DNA of 63,877 bases, filler included, from Octopus bimaculoides (Eukaryota): the NCBI RefSeq assembly GCF_001194135.2. It is 4 parts of 4 records of this genome, joined end to end, with 100 filler letters (N's around TTAATTAATTAA, not from the genome) between each part and the next. Parts side by side here need not be neighbours in the genome. Positions count along the whole stretch, not along the records: positions 31,773 to 58,390 come from NC_068981.1; positions 58,491 to 63,877 come from NC_069004.1; 2 more parts are not named here. The stretch is one strand, 5' to 3'. Below are positions 53,928 to 63,877 of the stretch, piece after piece. A model generated the notes under the pieces. That model saw only the letters and a list, made by a program, of their open reading frames with translations. It ran no database searches and was not told where the DNA came from. Every line of letters begins with the position of its first letter. Position 1 is the first letter of the stretch. Made by a program: the position numbers and the translations under genes.

Positions 53928-54761
53928 NNNNNNNNNNNNNNNNNNNNNNNNNNNNNNNNNNNNNNNNNNNNNNNNNNNNNNNNNNNNNNNNNNNNNNNNN
54001 NNNNNNNNNNNNNNNNNNNNNNNNNNNNNNNNNNNNNNNNNNNNNNNNNNNNNNNNNNNNNNNNNNNNNNNNNNNNNNNNNNNNNNNNNNNNNNNNNNNN
54101 NNNNNNNNNNNNNNNNNNNNNNNNNNNNNNNNNNNNNNNNNNNNNNNNNNNNNNNNNNNNNNNNNNNNNNNNNNNNNNNNNNNNNNNNNNNNNNNNNNNN
54201 NNNNNNNNNNNNNNNNNNNNNNNNNNNNNNNNNNNNNNNNNNNNNNNNNNNNNNNNNNNNNNNNNNNNNNNNNNNNNNNNNNNNNNNNNNNATGTTTACT
54301 ACATCAAAGTTCGCTGTGTACTACATCTGAGTTTTACCATAGATTGGGCTGTTTATGACAGCCTGAGGCAAATCTATGTGTGTTAGTGATTGTGCTTGTT
54401 TAGTAGCACTGGTACTTATTATCCTTGGAAATGTTAATTTGGTTCAAGTTAAACTTGAACTTTTAAACTTGCATCAGAAAGACATTGAAGTAACAGGACG
54501 AAGCACTTACTTTTGTTTGTTATTTTGGCCAACTTCTCCTTAAAATTACATTCTGCTACTGATGCTTTCTGCTACTAATGAATCCTAATTGGCAGTGATT
54601 TTTCTTCGTTTAAACATATCCATTTCCAGTTTGCGTTAATTTCTCTACAGCTTTAATAATTCACGCGCGCACGCACAAACATGCGATGGCATGCCCACAC
54701 TCACACATACACGCACCTACACACCCACATCATATACACAAATATAGTGATACAAATGCAC

Positions 54762-54793
<32 letters not shown>

Positions 54794-54955
54794 GCATATC
54801 CTCCTCACACATCCACACATACGCATAGATGCATACGCATTCACACACTACATTCACATGCACAAATGTAGAGAGAGACAGACACACACGTGCACACACA
54901 TAATTGCAGGCACTTAAATATTCCCCATCTTTGTCAGTTCTATCACACATGCATG

Positions 54956-54986
<31 letters not shown>

Positions 54987-55734
54987 CCCTTCTTCTTTGT
55001 ATGTAAAAGCATAGTTACGGACTTCAATTCATTACCCTCACACACTGCTTCAATTCCCCCCTCCCCTTGAATATGCCATTTCTTTCAGGTTTTATTCTAA
55101 TATTTCCTGTCACTTCCCCTGTTTTCAAATTTCCATTTCTACTAGAGTGAGCAAATTGTTTTCTGCTTGGATACTTCTGTCATTATCAATGCCTCTAAAA
55201 CAAAAATGACCTCTAAATACAGCTTATGATGATGACTCTTTAAGATATCAGTAATAATTTCATGATATTCTAATGAAGTTAAAAAGCTGCTGGAAGTATT
55301 TCTACCTTTTCTTTTAATCTGACAAACTGTCAGAAAAGTATATTAAAAATTCTCTTGCCATGTCAATAGTTCCTTCGCCATTATTGAACATTATCTGTGG
55401 CCACTTGTATATTTCCCTTCCACACTCCTCTACCTCATTCAATCACTCTTTCTTCTCTAAACAGTGCCAAGATGGTAGAATCATTGATTATCTAAAACTA
55501 CTGCGCTACATATGAATTAAATAGCCTTGGGTTATCCCCCCACTACCATTAGACTGACTTAAATGCTGCAAGTCCAACTCTCTTAGCTGTTTTTCTATTC
55601 AAACCATCATTTTTGCTGTCATGTTTTGAAAAATATCTTTGTCTTTTATATAATTAAATGACACATCAACAAAACCAAGCTTCAATCTACAAACTGTAGT
55701 GAAATCAGTTTGGCTCTTTAAAATTGAAAAATAT

Positions 55735-56340
55735 TTTAATTTGATAAGTTTATAACAGATCACTGTAATAATAAATTTTCTAACTGGTTACAGTTATAAT
55801 TATGTTATATAACTGATCACTATTATAATAAATCCTATAGTTCATCATTACAATAATAAGTTTTGTAATTAATCTTTATAATAATATGTTAATTGAACTG
55901 ATCACTGTAAGTTTTATAACGGATCACTATGAAAATAAATTATATAATTGATTACTAATATAATAAATTTTGTGACCAATCACTGGAATAATAGTTTCAG
56001 AAGTGATTGATTACAGTAATGATGATGTTACATAAATGAATAATGTATTAATGTTATATAACTGGTCACTATAATAATAAGTTTTATAACTGAGCACTTT
56101 AATAAGTTTTGTAATTGATCTTAGTAATAATAAGTTATTTCACTGATTTCTGTATACATCTGATCACTGTTATGATAAGTTATATAACTAATCACTATCA
56201 TAATAATGTTCTATAACTATCACTATAATAAGTTATATGACGGTTTATTGAAATATTGTTATATAGCCAATGACTGTTATTAAAAGTTCTGTACATGATC
56301 ATTATAAAACATGTTCAACAACTAATCATTATAATAATCC
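55735..56340. repeat. Degenerate ~28-30 bp AT-rich tandem array
   Basis: Recurrent taactgatcactataataataagtttta. Confidence 0.85.
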
Positions 56341-57059
56341 TAAATTAACTGTGAAGTTTTTATGTAAATGATATTAGACATTATAAACAGCAATTTGAGA
56401 CAGAAAATTACAACAGATGTCAATAGGTTTGTTTTCCTTTTTTTCCTCTCAAATTGCTGATTATAATAATGTCTTGTATCATTTTAGTTAAATCTAAGAT
56501 ATCAATTTATAATTGTTTTTTGAAATTATTTCTTGTCAAAAACACTGGACTGAAGTAGGGTGCTTCACTATGTTGAACATTAGTAAAATAACCTATCCTG
56601 CCAGTGCTAAATGACTGAAGAATTATCTTGTTGGAGATAAAATAGTACGGTTAAAATAGTGGAAATGATTTATAGTGCTTCATTTGAAAAGACAGAATTG
56701 CAGGTATTTTGCAGCATATTCATAATATTTTATATATCAGCAATAGATATATGATTTATGATTTAAGTCCAGTGAAGGAAATGAGATCTGGTTATAATCA
56801 GAGATCACAAAGAAATCCATCAGGGATTAGTGAAATAAAACTGTGCAACTGAGGTTTCTAGAGCATTGTAAGCCTCCTGGGGTAATGTTTTTTTAAATAT
56901 GTTCATTTACAGGGCCATTTTGAGAACATGTAATCTAGATTGAGCATGATGGCTATATACATATACATATTTTTATCAATAATTTATAATTCTTTTATTC
57001 AAATAAATATAACTAATGTAATTATATTTAAGTGAAATTTAAATTCTTTTAGTTTATGA

Positions 57060-57330
57060 ATGAATTATGAAATATGTACTGACATTTATAATAAAGTAGA
57101 AAATTTTAGTTTCCAAGTAGCTTCAATGCCATGGTTCAGTAGTAAAATTCCTTCTTTTACTGGTTCTGGAGTTTTTGCAGGGTAAATCGTTAGATATAGT
57201 ACTATTATTAATAATGCTAATAAATTTTTAGAAAGAATAAATAAGCTGTTAAGACGTTTGGTAAAACAAGGTTATAAACATGGTCACTTGGTTAAAACTT
57301 TTAATCACTGTTTAGGTGGGAAACTTGAAA
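57060..57330 (+). mobile_element. Second Penelope-like lineage, RT C-terminal fragment
   Basis: TDIYNKVENFSFQVASMPWFSSKIPS..GVFAG*IVRY..FLER..L.RRLVKQGY resembles LYDKRDDFNF.IVNFPFLSSNIP...YGVY.SQL.RY....L..QGY. Confidence 0.75.
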
Positions 57331-58108
57331 TTTTAAATAAGCATGGGGTAATATCTAGTCTTCAGCTTAGCAAATATTTGTGAGGATTTAAAGGTGTACG
57401 ATTCGAGTTATTTGCTTACTACGTCACCGGAATTGAGGCAATTGAGAAAGTGGTAATTACGCACTATGTCATCAATATTTAGTTGCTCTTTAAATTCTTG
57501 GTGAGGGAGCTGCATGTCTGATTAAGCATGTAAGCGTTAATACTGTAGTTTTATTGTCTTTTAAACAGTTTAATTAGCTTTAAACATAGCAAGGTTTATG
57601 ATATTAGTTTATTACAAGTACTTTTATTAGTTCCTATTTAATGAAATTTAAGTGTATATTAGTCACTGGTAATTTAATATTTTTCATTAACTTTCGAATG
57701 ATGAAATAATGCATTTCACGCATAAAAATATTAGTTAAATTAATTTCAATCGTGTTTTGTTTTGGAAAAAATTTTATAAGGTTTGAATTTTCATTATAGT
57801 AGTATCTATGGAAGACCGGTGGGATTATTATTTATATGGACATAAAGATGGATCGCAATTTTGCTTATAATTTAGTTCTTGCAGTTTGCTATTAATACCG
57901 GTACAATGTACATTGATTTAAATGTCTCTTGTAGTTTTAGTAAGGTTGGTGTTTAATCCTGCCTATATATTGATTGATTGAAATAATGTGGTTAGTTACG
58001 TATTTAGGAGGGTCTGTAATTTACTTATGGAATTTATTTATTGATACGGTTGTACATTAGGTAAATGTGCTTGAAAGTCGTGGTTTCTTTGGTATGTTTC
58101 TTCCCAAA

Positions 58109-58226
58109 CTACACTTCTTTTAGTGCTGTTGACACTGCCGGATTGAATGGTGCTGCCCAGGTGTTGAGACCATAAGGATATCTATGGGGCAGCTGATGAT
58201 GGAAGTATGTTGGATTGCTGGTATGG
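58109..58226 (-). CDS. Candidate terminal coding exon (unverified)
   Basis: Acceptor tactattccacag then HTSNPTYFHHQLPHRYPYGLNTWAAPFNPAVSTALKEV*; no homologue recognised. Confidence 0.2.
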
Positions 58227-58291
58227 CTGTGGAATAGTATTTTAACACATACTTTTAATAATAATAATGATGACGATTTCTTTTTCATAAC

Positions 58292-58343
<52 letters not shown>

Positions 58344-58490
58344 AATAATAATAATAAAGCCACCGACCAGATTTGTGGGTGGTGTAAGGTNNNNNNNNNN
58401 NNNNNNNNNNNNNNNNNNNNNNNNNNNNNNNNNNTTAATTAATTAANNNNNNNNNNNNNNNNNNNNNNNNNNNNNNNNNNNNNNNNNNNN

Positions 58491-58521
<31 letters not shown>

Positions 58522-58795
58522 GCTGGTTGTGGTGCACTAGCATTTATAGCGGAGATGGTGTAGTGATAATTGAGTTTCTTCGCGCGCCTCTGTGTGCGCG
58601 CGCGTGCGTGCGTGTATGTGCGTATGTGTGCATGTGTGCGTGTGTGTGTGTGTGTGTGTATGTGTGTGTGCGTGCGCGTGCGCGCGCGTGTGTGTGAAGG
58701 AACGCGTGCAGTTTGTTTATTCAGTCTTTTATCTGCATTTTATATCCGACCTCGACGAATCTTTGTGAGTGTATATTGCATGCGTGTATACTTGC

Positions 58796-58833
<38 letters not shown>

Positions 58834-59629
58834 GTGCGTGTGTGTATGTATATGTGCGTGTGTGTGTGTGTGGGTGTGTGTGTATTACTGCGTACTCCTA
58901 TCACTTCATCGTTTCTCGAGTACACGTATGTAAGGGCGGTGTCTATGTATTTTCGGTTACGTGCGTGCTTGTGTGTGTGTGTGTGTGTGTGTGTTTGTAT
59001 GTATTTGTATATACATATGTATGTATGTATGTATGAATGTATGTATGCATGCATGCATGTATATATGTACGCATGTATGTATGTACGTATGTACGTATGT
59101 ATGTATGTATGTATGTATGTATGTATGTGTGTATGTGTTGCAGGTGCATGGCCAAGCGGTTAGGGTGTTGTTTATATTTGTAAACCTTCCAGGCTGCTGG
59201 GATTTACGTGGATAATGTTAATCCAGAATTTCCATAGTCTTTTGTCACGAGGGGGGAAACGTTTGACCGAAACGGAGCCGAAAGTCTAGTCTAAATGCTT
59301 TTTCCATATTGAACCTTTCTAGAAGCATCCATGAACAAAATGATAGTATTAAACAAGACAGTGTCTTCGGTCTACCTAGCCTTGCTTGTCGTTTGGTTAT
59401 TCAATTTGACTTGGTTAATCCTTGGTTAATCCTCAAAGAGTCCAGGAATCCATTATACAAGTGGGTGTTGTTTTGTATGAATTTATAAAATCGATCGGTT
59501 GCATAATTACAAAGATTTTACTTGTCGATAAACGAGAAATTAATCAAATGAAATGCTTATTTATTCATGTAGCTTTGAATTAATCGATCATTATGCTGTA
59601 GCTTTGAGATTTCGATGATGTGATCGTTT

Positions 59630-59790
59630 ACATTCAGAATGACCATTACCACATAATCTTAAGGTTCATATCTTACATTCAGAATGACCATTACCACATA
59701 ATCTTAAGGTTCATCTCTTAAATTCAGAATGACCATTACCACATAATCTTAAGGTTCATATCTTACATTCAGAATGACCATTACTACATA
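59630..59790. repeat. 45-bp minisatellite, about 3.6 copies
   Basis: acattcagaatgaccattaccacataatcttaaggttcatatctt starting at 59630, 59675, 59720, 59765. Confidence 0.95.
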
Positions 59791-60054
59791 TCCTTCACAT
59801 TCATGATAAACATTTTTGCCGGTAAGCTGCGATGGCGTAGTGGAGAAGACACTCTCAAGACGCCGGGTATTAAAACACCTGAAAGTTATTGACAGGCAAG
59901 ACGACCCACCCCTAATCCCATCTAGGAGTGGCGGACATAGATGCCACTCCTGCGCCTTGTTATGTTTTTTTTTTTCTTGGCCAAATTCTAACCTGGGGGA
60001 GAAAGCCTGTAGTTTTGAGGGGAGGGGTTAGACGATATTGTCGATCACAGTAGT

Positions 60055-60520
60055 TGATCGCTACTTTGTTTTGTCAACTCCGGAGAGATGAAAGACAAAG
60101 TTGACCTTCACTGGATTTTAACAGTTTTTTTTAGTTTTTTTAATGGCCAGGTTCCAACCGGGGCTNNNNNNNNNNNNNNNNNNNNNNNNNNNNNNNNNNN
60201 NNNNNNNNNNNNNNNNNNNNNNNNNNNNNNNNNNNNNNNNNNNNNNNNNNNNNNNNNNNNNNNNNNNNNNNNNNNNNNNNNNNNNNNNNNNNNNNNNNNN
60301 NNNNNNNNNNNATGTTGTGGCAGCCCGGGTTGGAACCCAGCCATTGAAAAGAAAAATTTCCAAATCTCGCGAAGGGTCAACTCCGTCTTTCATCCCTCCG
60401 TGTCGACAAAATAAAGTACCGGTCAACTTTACTTTCTGAGTTCAAATCTCGTTGAAGTCAACTTTGCCTTTCATTTCTCCAAGGTCGATAAAATAAAGTA
60501 GCAGTCAAATACTGGAGTCG
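60055..60520. mobile_element. SINE family A pieces forming an inverted pair around a gap, plus a further plus-strand piece (60430-60520)
   Basis: 60055-60120 is the reverse complement of about 60360-60428. Confidence 0.65.
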
Positions 60521-61083
60521 AGAATATAGTCCAATTCCCCCACCCCTACCCCACTCCAGCAGTGCTGACCTTATGTCTCAATTAGAGACCATTATGGAGG
60601 ACGGTAGATTGACAGAATAGTTGGTATAACGTTCTAAGTTCAAGCCTTGTCCGAGTCGATTTTAATGTTTATCGAATCATATTTCGTGACAAAACACTGG
60701 AAATAAACCAAAAACAAAAACAAAAGACATGACCACTTCCTTCCAGAATTGTGACATTGTGTCTAAGTTAAGTGTCTTTACTTTTATCACTTCATATATT
60801 TGTCATTATATGTCTATCGCGTTCACGACACATTTCAATACGGTTTCTCTGTGTTGGTATCAGATTTCAAAAACAAAACAATGCAAATATAAATAAATGA
60901 ATATGTAAATAAATATAAAATGTGGGACACAGACACAGGGTTGAGATGTAAAACAGTATAAAGTGTCATAATAGTGCAAGAGTACCATACATTATATATT
61001 ATACACAGTAGCTCTCTATATGAGTGTGTTTGTGTGTGTATATGTGTGTGTGTAATGTAAAGGATGTCTTGATCATATATACA

Positions 61084-61151
<68 letters not shown>

Positions 61152-61180
61152 CGTGTGTATGAGTGCGCTTGTGTGTAGAT

Positions 61181-61211
<31 letters not shown>

Positions 61212-61930
61212 TAGATAGATAGATAGATAGATAGAATGATTTGATTCGAATTGGCGTTCACTCTCTTCATAGCTGTTTTCACAGTTGCATATTCAACCTG
61301 AAATGATCGAAGAAGGCAGACCTCGGCACCATGAATGCGTATTTGATGTGTAAGAATTAGCCCAAATTTCGAAGTTCTAACAAAGACTGTTTTGTACGTG
61401 TCCTATATGTTGTTTCATACGAATATTTCTTTTACTTGTACAGCATGAATACCTTCTCAGTTAATGTAACAAATAATGTTCCAAAACATTAAAAAAAAAA
61501 TCCTTACAAGTGTCTGAAATGATATAGATTGCTTTCGATAAGTCTTCCCCATAAGTTGATCCTGTAAATATTGGCCATGAAGGTCCATAGCAGTTATAAA
61601 AATTAAATATTTGAAGGACGTCATCTATAAATGACAAACGATTTTGTATGTTATGCTTTACCTACATAATTAGTACTTAACTGTCTCTCAGTCTGTGTTT
61701 GGTCTAATCCCTTTGTTTGTGTTTTACTTAACACGATAGTACAGTTCTTAAGATTTCTCTCTTCAAGGTTACCTTGAAGTAATTTTTTTAATCAGATTTT
61801 TCATATCTGTTTCTTTAGCAAATCCACGTAGTTGTCTGTAGTTGTGTTTTCAGCGTGTTTTTTTAATCGTCTTCATATCGACCACATACACGAAACGGGT
61901 GATTGCCTATCCATAGTATTGGTATCTCAC

Positions 61931-62039
61931 TGGGTAACAGGTGGTGCAGGTGGTGATGCTGGTTGTAGTGGTAGTGATGTTGGTGTTGTTGTTGATACAA
62001 AGTTACTTTTTATAGTTCTATCTGTTTTTCTTTCTCCAG
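61931..62039 (-). CDS. Candidate internal coding exon, Pro/Thr-rich (unverified)
   Basis: Strong acceptor ttatttttctattatctttaatattgcag; GERKTDRTIKSNFVSTTTPTSLPLQPASPPAPPVT; donor CA|GTGAGA. Confidence 0.25.
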
Positions 62040-62129
62040 CTGCAATATTAAAGATAATAGAAAAATAAACCGTTTCTGGTGCGCTAATAAGAAATCTGAA
62101 AATATTACACGCGAAGCTTTTAATTACTT

Positions 62130-62330
62130 GCTTAAGCTCGTCGCTTCCCGTGGAGCATAGGCCATCGACGACATCACCCTATTGCTCTTGATCTCGGACT
62201 GTCTTTTCTGTTTTTTCTAATTGAACCCTTGCTTTTTTTTTTTTTTTAGCTCTGTCTCGGGATCTCTCTTTCCCTGGAGGAAGGTCTTCCATTCCTAGAT
62301 CTTCCTGGTTTCGATTTATCATCGATGTTT
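62130..62330 (-). mobile_element. Deleted RTE-like 3' remnant
   Basis: Minus strand gtcgatggcctatgctccacgggaagcgacgag (VDGLCSTGSDE), a typical RTE C-terminus. Confidence 0.5.
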
Positions 62331-62874
62331 ATGTAACTCTATTTTTTTTTCTAAGTAATTATATGACCGTGTACGAACACTCTGAAATTGACTTCAGATA
62401 ACGAAAAGTGAAGACATGAAGAGTTTGACTTCAGTTCATGAATACTGCTTTGAATCTTTAGCAATTCGCAGTGAAAAGATGTCGCGTACGAAATATCATA
62501 ATGGATGGGTAAATAAGCATCCTTAAAATGAAACAACGCATTGGCAGGTAAACAAGGTTATTAACAAATAGAAGAGAGGGAAGGGAACATCACCTTTCAA
62601 GTAACTCAGAATAGGTAAAGGTAAGCTTTCCAAAGTTTAATGCAGTTTGAATACAGAGATTAAGAGTGTTTGGTATTGGATATTCATCGCGTACAATGTT
62701 CCTAGTTAATTTAATCACCGTCGCCGGTGGACAGTCGAAATAATTAAATAGACAAAATCCTTTCACTTTTATAATATTCTCTAACCAAGTAATAATACAT
62801 TATTACAACATATAAATAAATAATAAATAAAAAACGAGAAAACCGCTAAGGCCAGCAATGTTGAGGGGAGAGAA

Positions 62875-63030
62875 CAAATCGATTATATCGAACCCCAGTA
62901 CTTTATTTTGTACGACTGCGAAAGAATGAAAGGCAACGTTGACCAAGGCGGGATTTGAACTCAAAACATAAAGAACCAGAAGAAATACTGCTAAGCACTT
63001 TGTCCGATGTGCTAACGATTACGGCAGCTG
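62875..63030 (-). mobile_element. SINE family A copy
   Basis: ccagtactttattttgtacgac..gaaagaatgaaaggcaacgttgacc..ggcgggatttgaactc. Confidence 0.75.
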
Positions 63031-63613
63031 GTCGTTCTATACGTAGGGAAATCGAATATGTAGATAACATCACAATATGCAAAAAAAACAAGTTTACTGC
63101 ACGCCAACCACATCTTACGATAAATTATAGGAAACTGCAGAGTTTTGAGAAATTCATATTTTCAAATAACTCAAAGGAAAGATGCTGGAATCTCATAAAC
63201 AGTTGCGTAGATAATTTCAGCATAAGTGGAACGTTGGTCGCCATGTTGTTTTTAATGCTTCAGAATTTGGTGAGGGGAAAACTGTGACGGCCTTGATATT
63301 TTTCACATCATGAACAGAGTGTGAATGACTGCTATAGAGTGGACACTGCTAAAAGCAGTTACGGTGAAGATACATACACGTATACATGTACGTATATAGG
63401 GATGTGTATGTATATACTTATGTGTGTGTATGTGTCCTCTTTTCCTAATATTTATTCATGATATATATATATATATATAAATATAAATATAAATATATGT
63501 GTGTGTGTCTGTATGCATGTATGTATGTATGTAAGTATACATACATACATACATATATATATATATATACATATAAATGCACACACACACACGCACATAT
63601 ATATATATATATT

Positions 63614-63662
<49 letters not shown>

Positions 63663-63877
63663 GCATTCACATATATATATATATAAATGCATTCACATAT
63701 ATATATATATATATATATATGCACATGCATACATGAATGCGTACAAACACTGATACGTTCTCACATACATGCACAAATACATACACACATACATGTACTC
63801 ATATATTCATTATTTGCATAAGTGTCTCGTCAAGTGCGTGTGTGTATGTGTGCGTGCGCACTTCTGCAATTTGTTAT

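Noticed and set aside
63130-63250. Minus-strand aacaacATGGCG start with a 39-aa ORF
   Set aside because: Short, no good donor before the stop, and no homology recognised

Overview
AT-rich, gap-riddled eukaryotic DNA with very dense microsatellites. The mix of tRNA-derived SINEs, RTE, CR1, Tx1, Penelope-like elements (PLEs) and mariners suggests an octopus/cephalopod draft assembly (inference). No intact protein-coding gene is visible, and almost all ORFs in the track are artefacts of microsatellites or N-runs. What can be supported is decayed mobile DNA: a 5'-truncated Tx1/L1-clade LINE end (12.3-13.2 kb), PLE fragments (31 and 57 kb), CR1 and RTE fragments, mariner remnants and three SINE families. 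The main signals are: (1) four type-I hammerhead-ribozyme motifs of three sequence families in PLE-type terminal repeats, one with a fully intact catalytic core (53023-53098); (2) a SINE family sharing its 3' tail with the Tx1 LINE; (3) a 3.6 kb ancient ~58-59 bp satellite; (4) a mariner derivative built from two left ends; (5) a ~25 kb CpG-depleted domain; (6) several fold-back structures; (7) a weak, frame-consistent chain of minus-strand candidate exons at 58-62 kb. All alignments and counts were done by eye.
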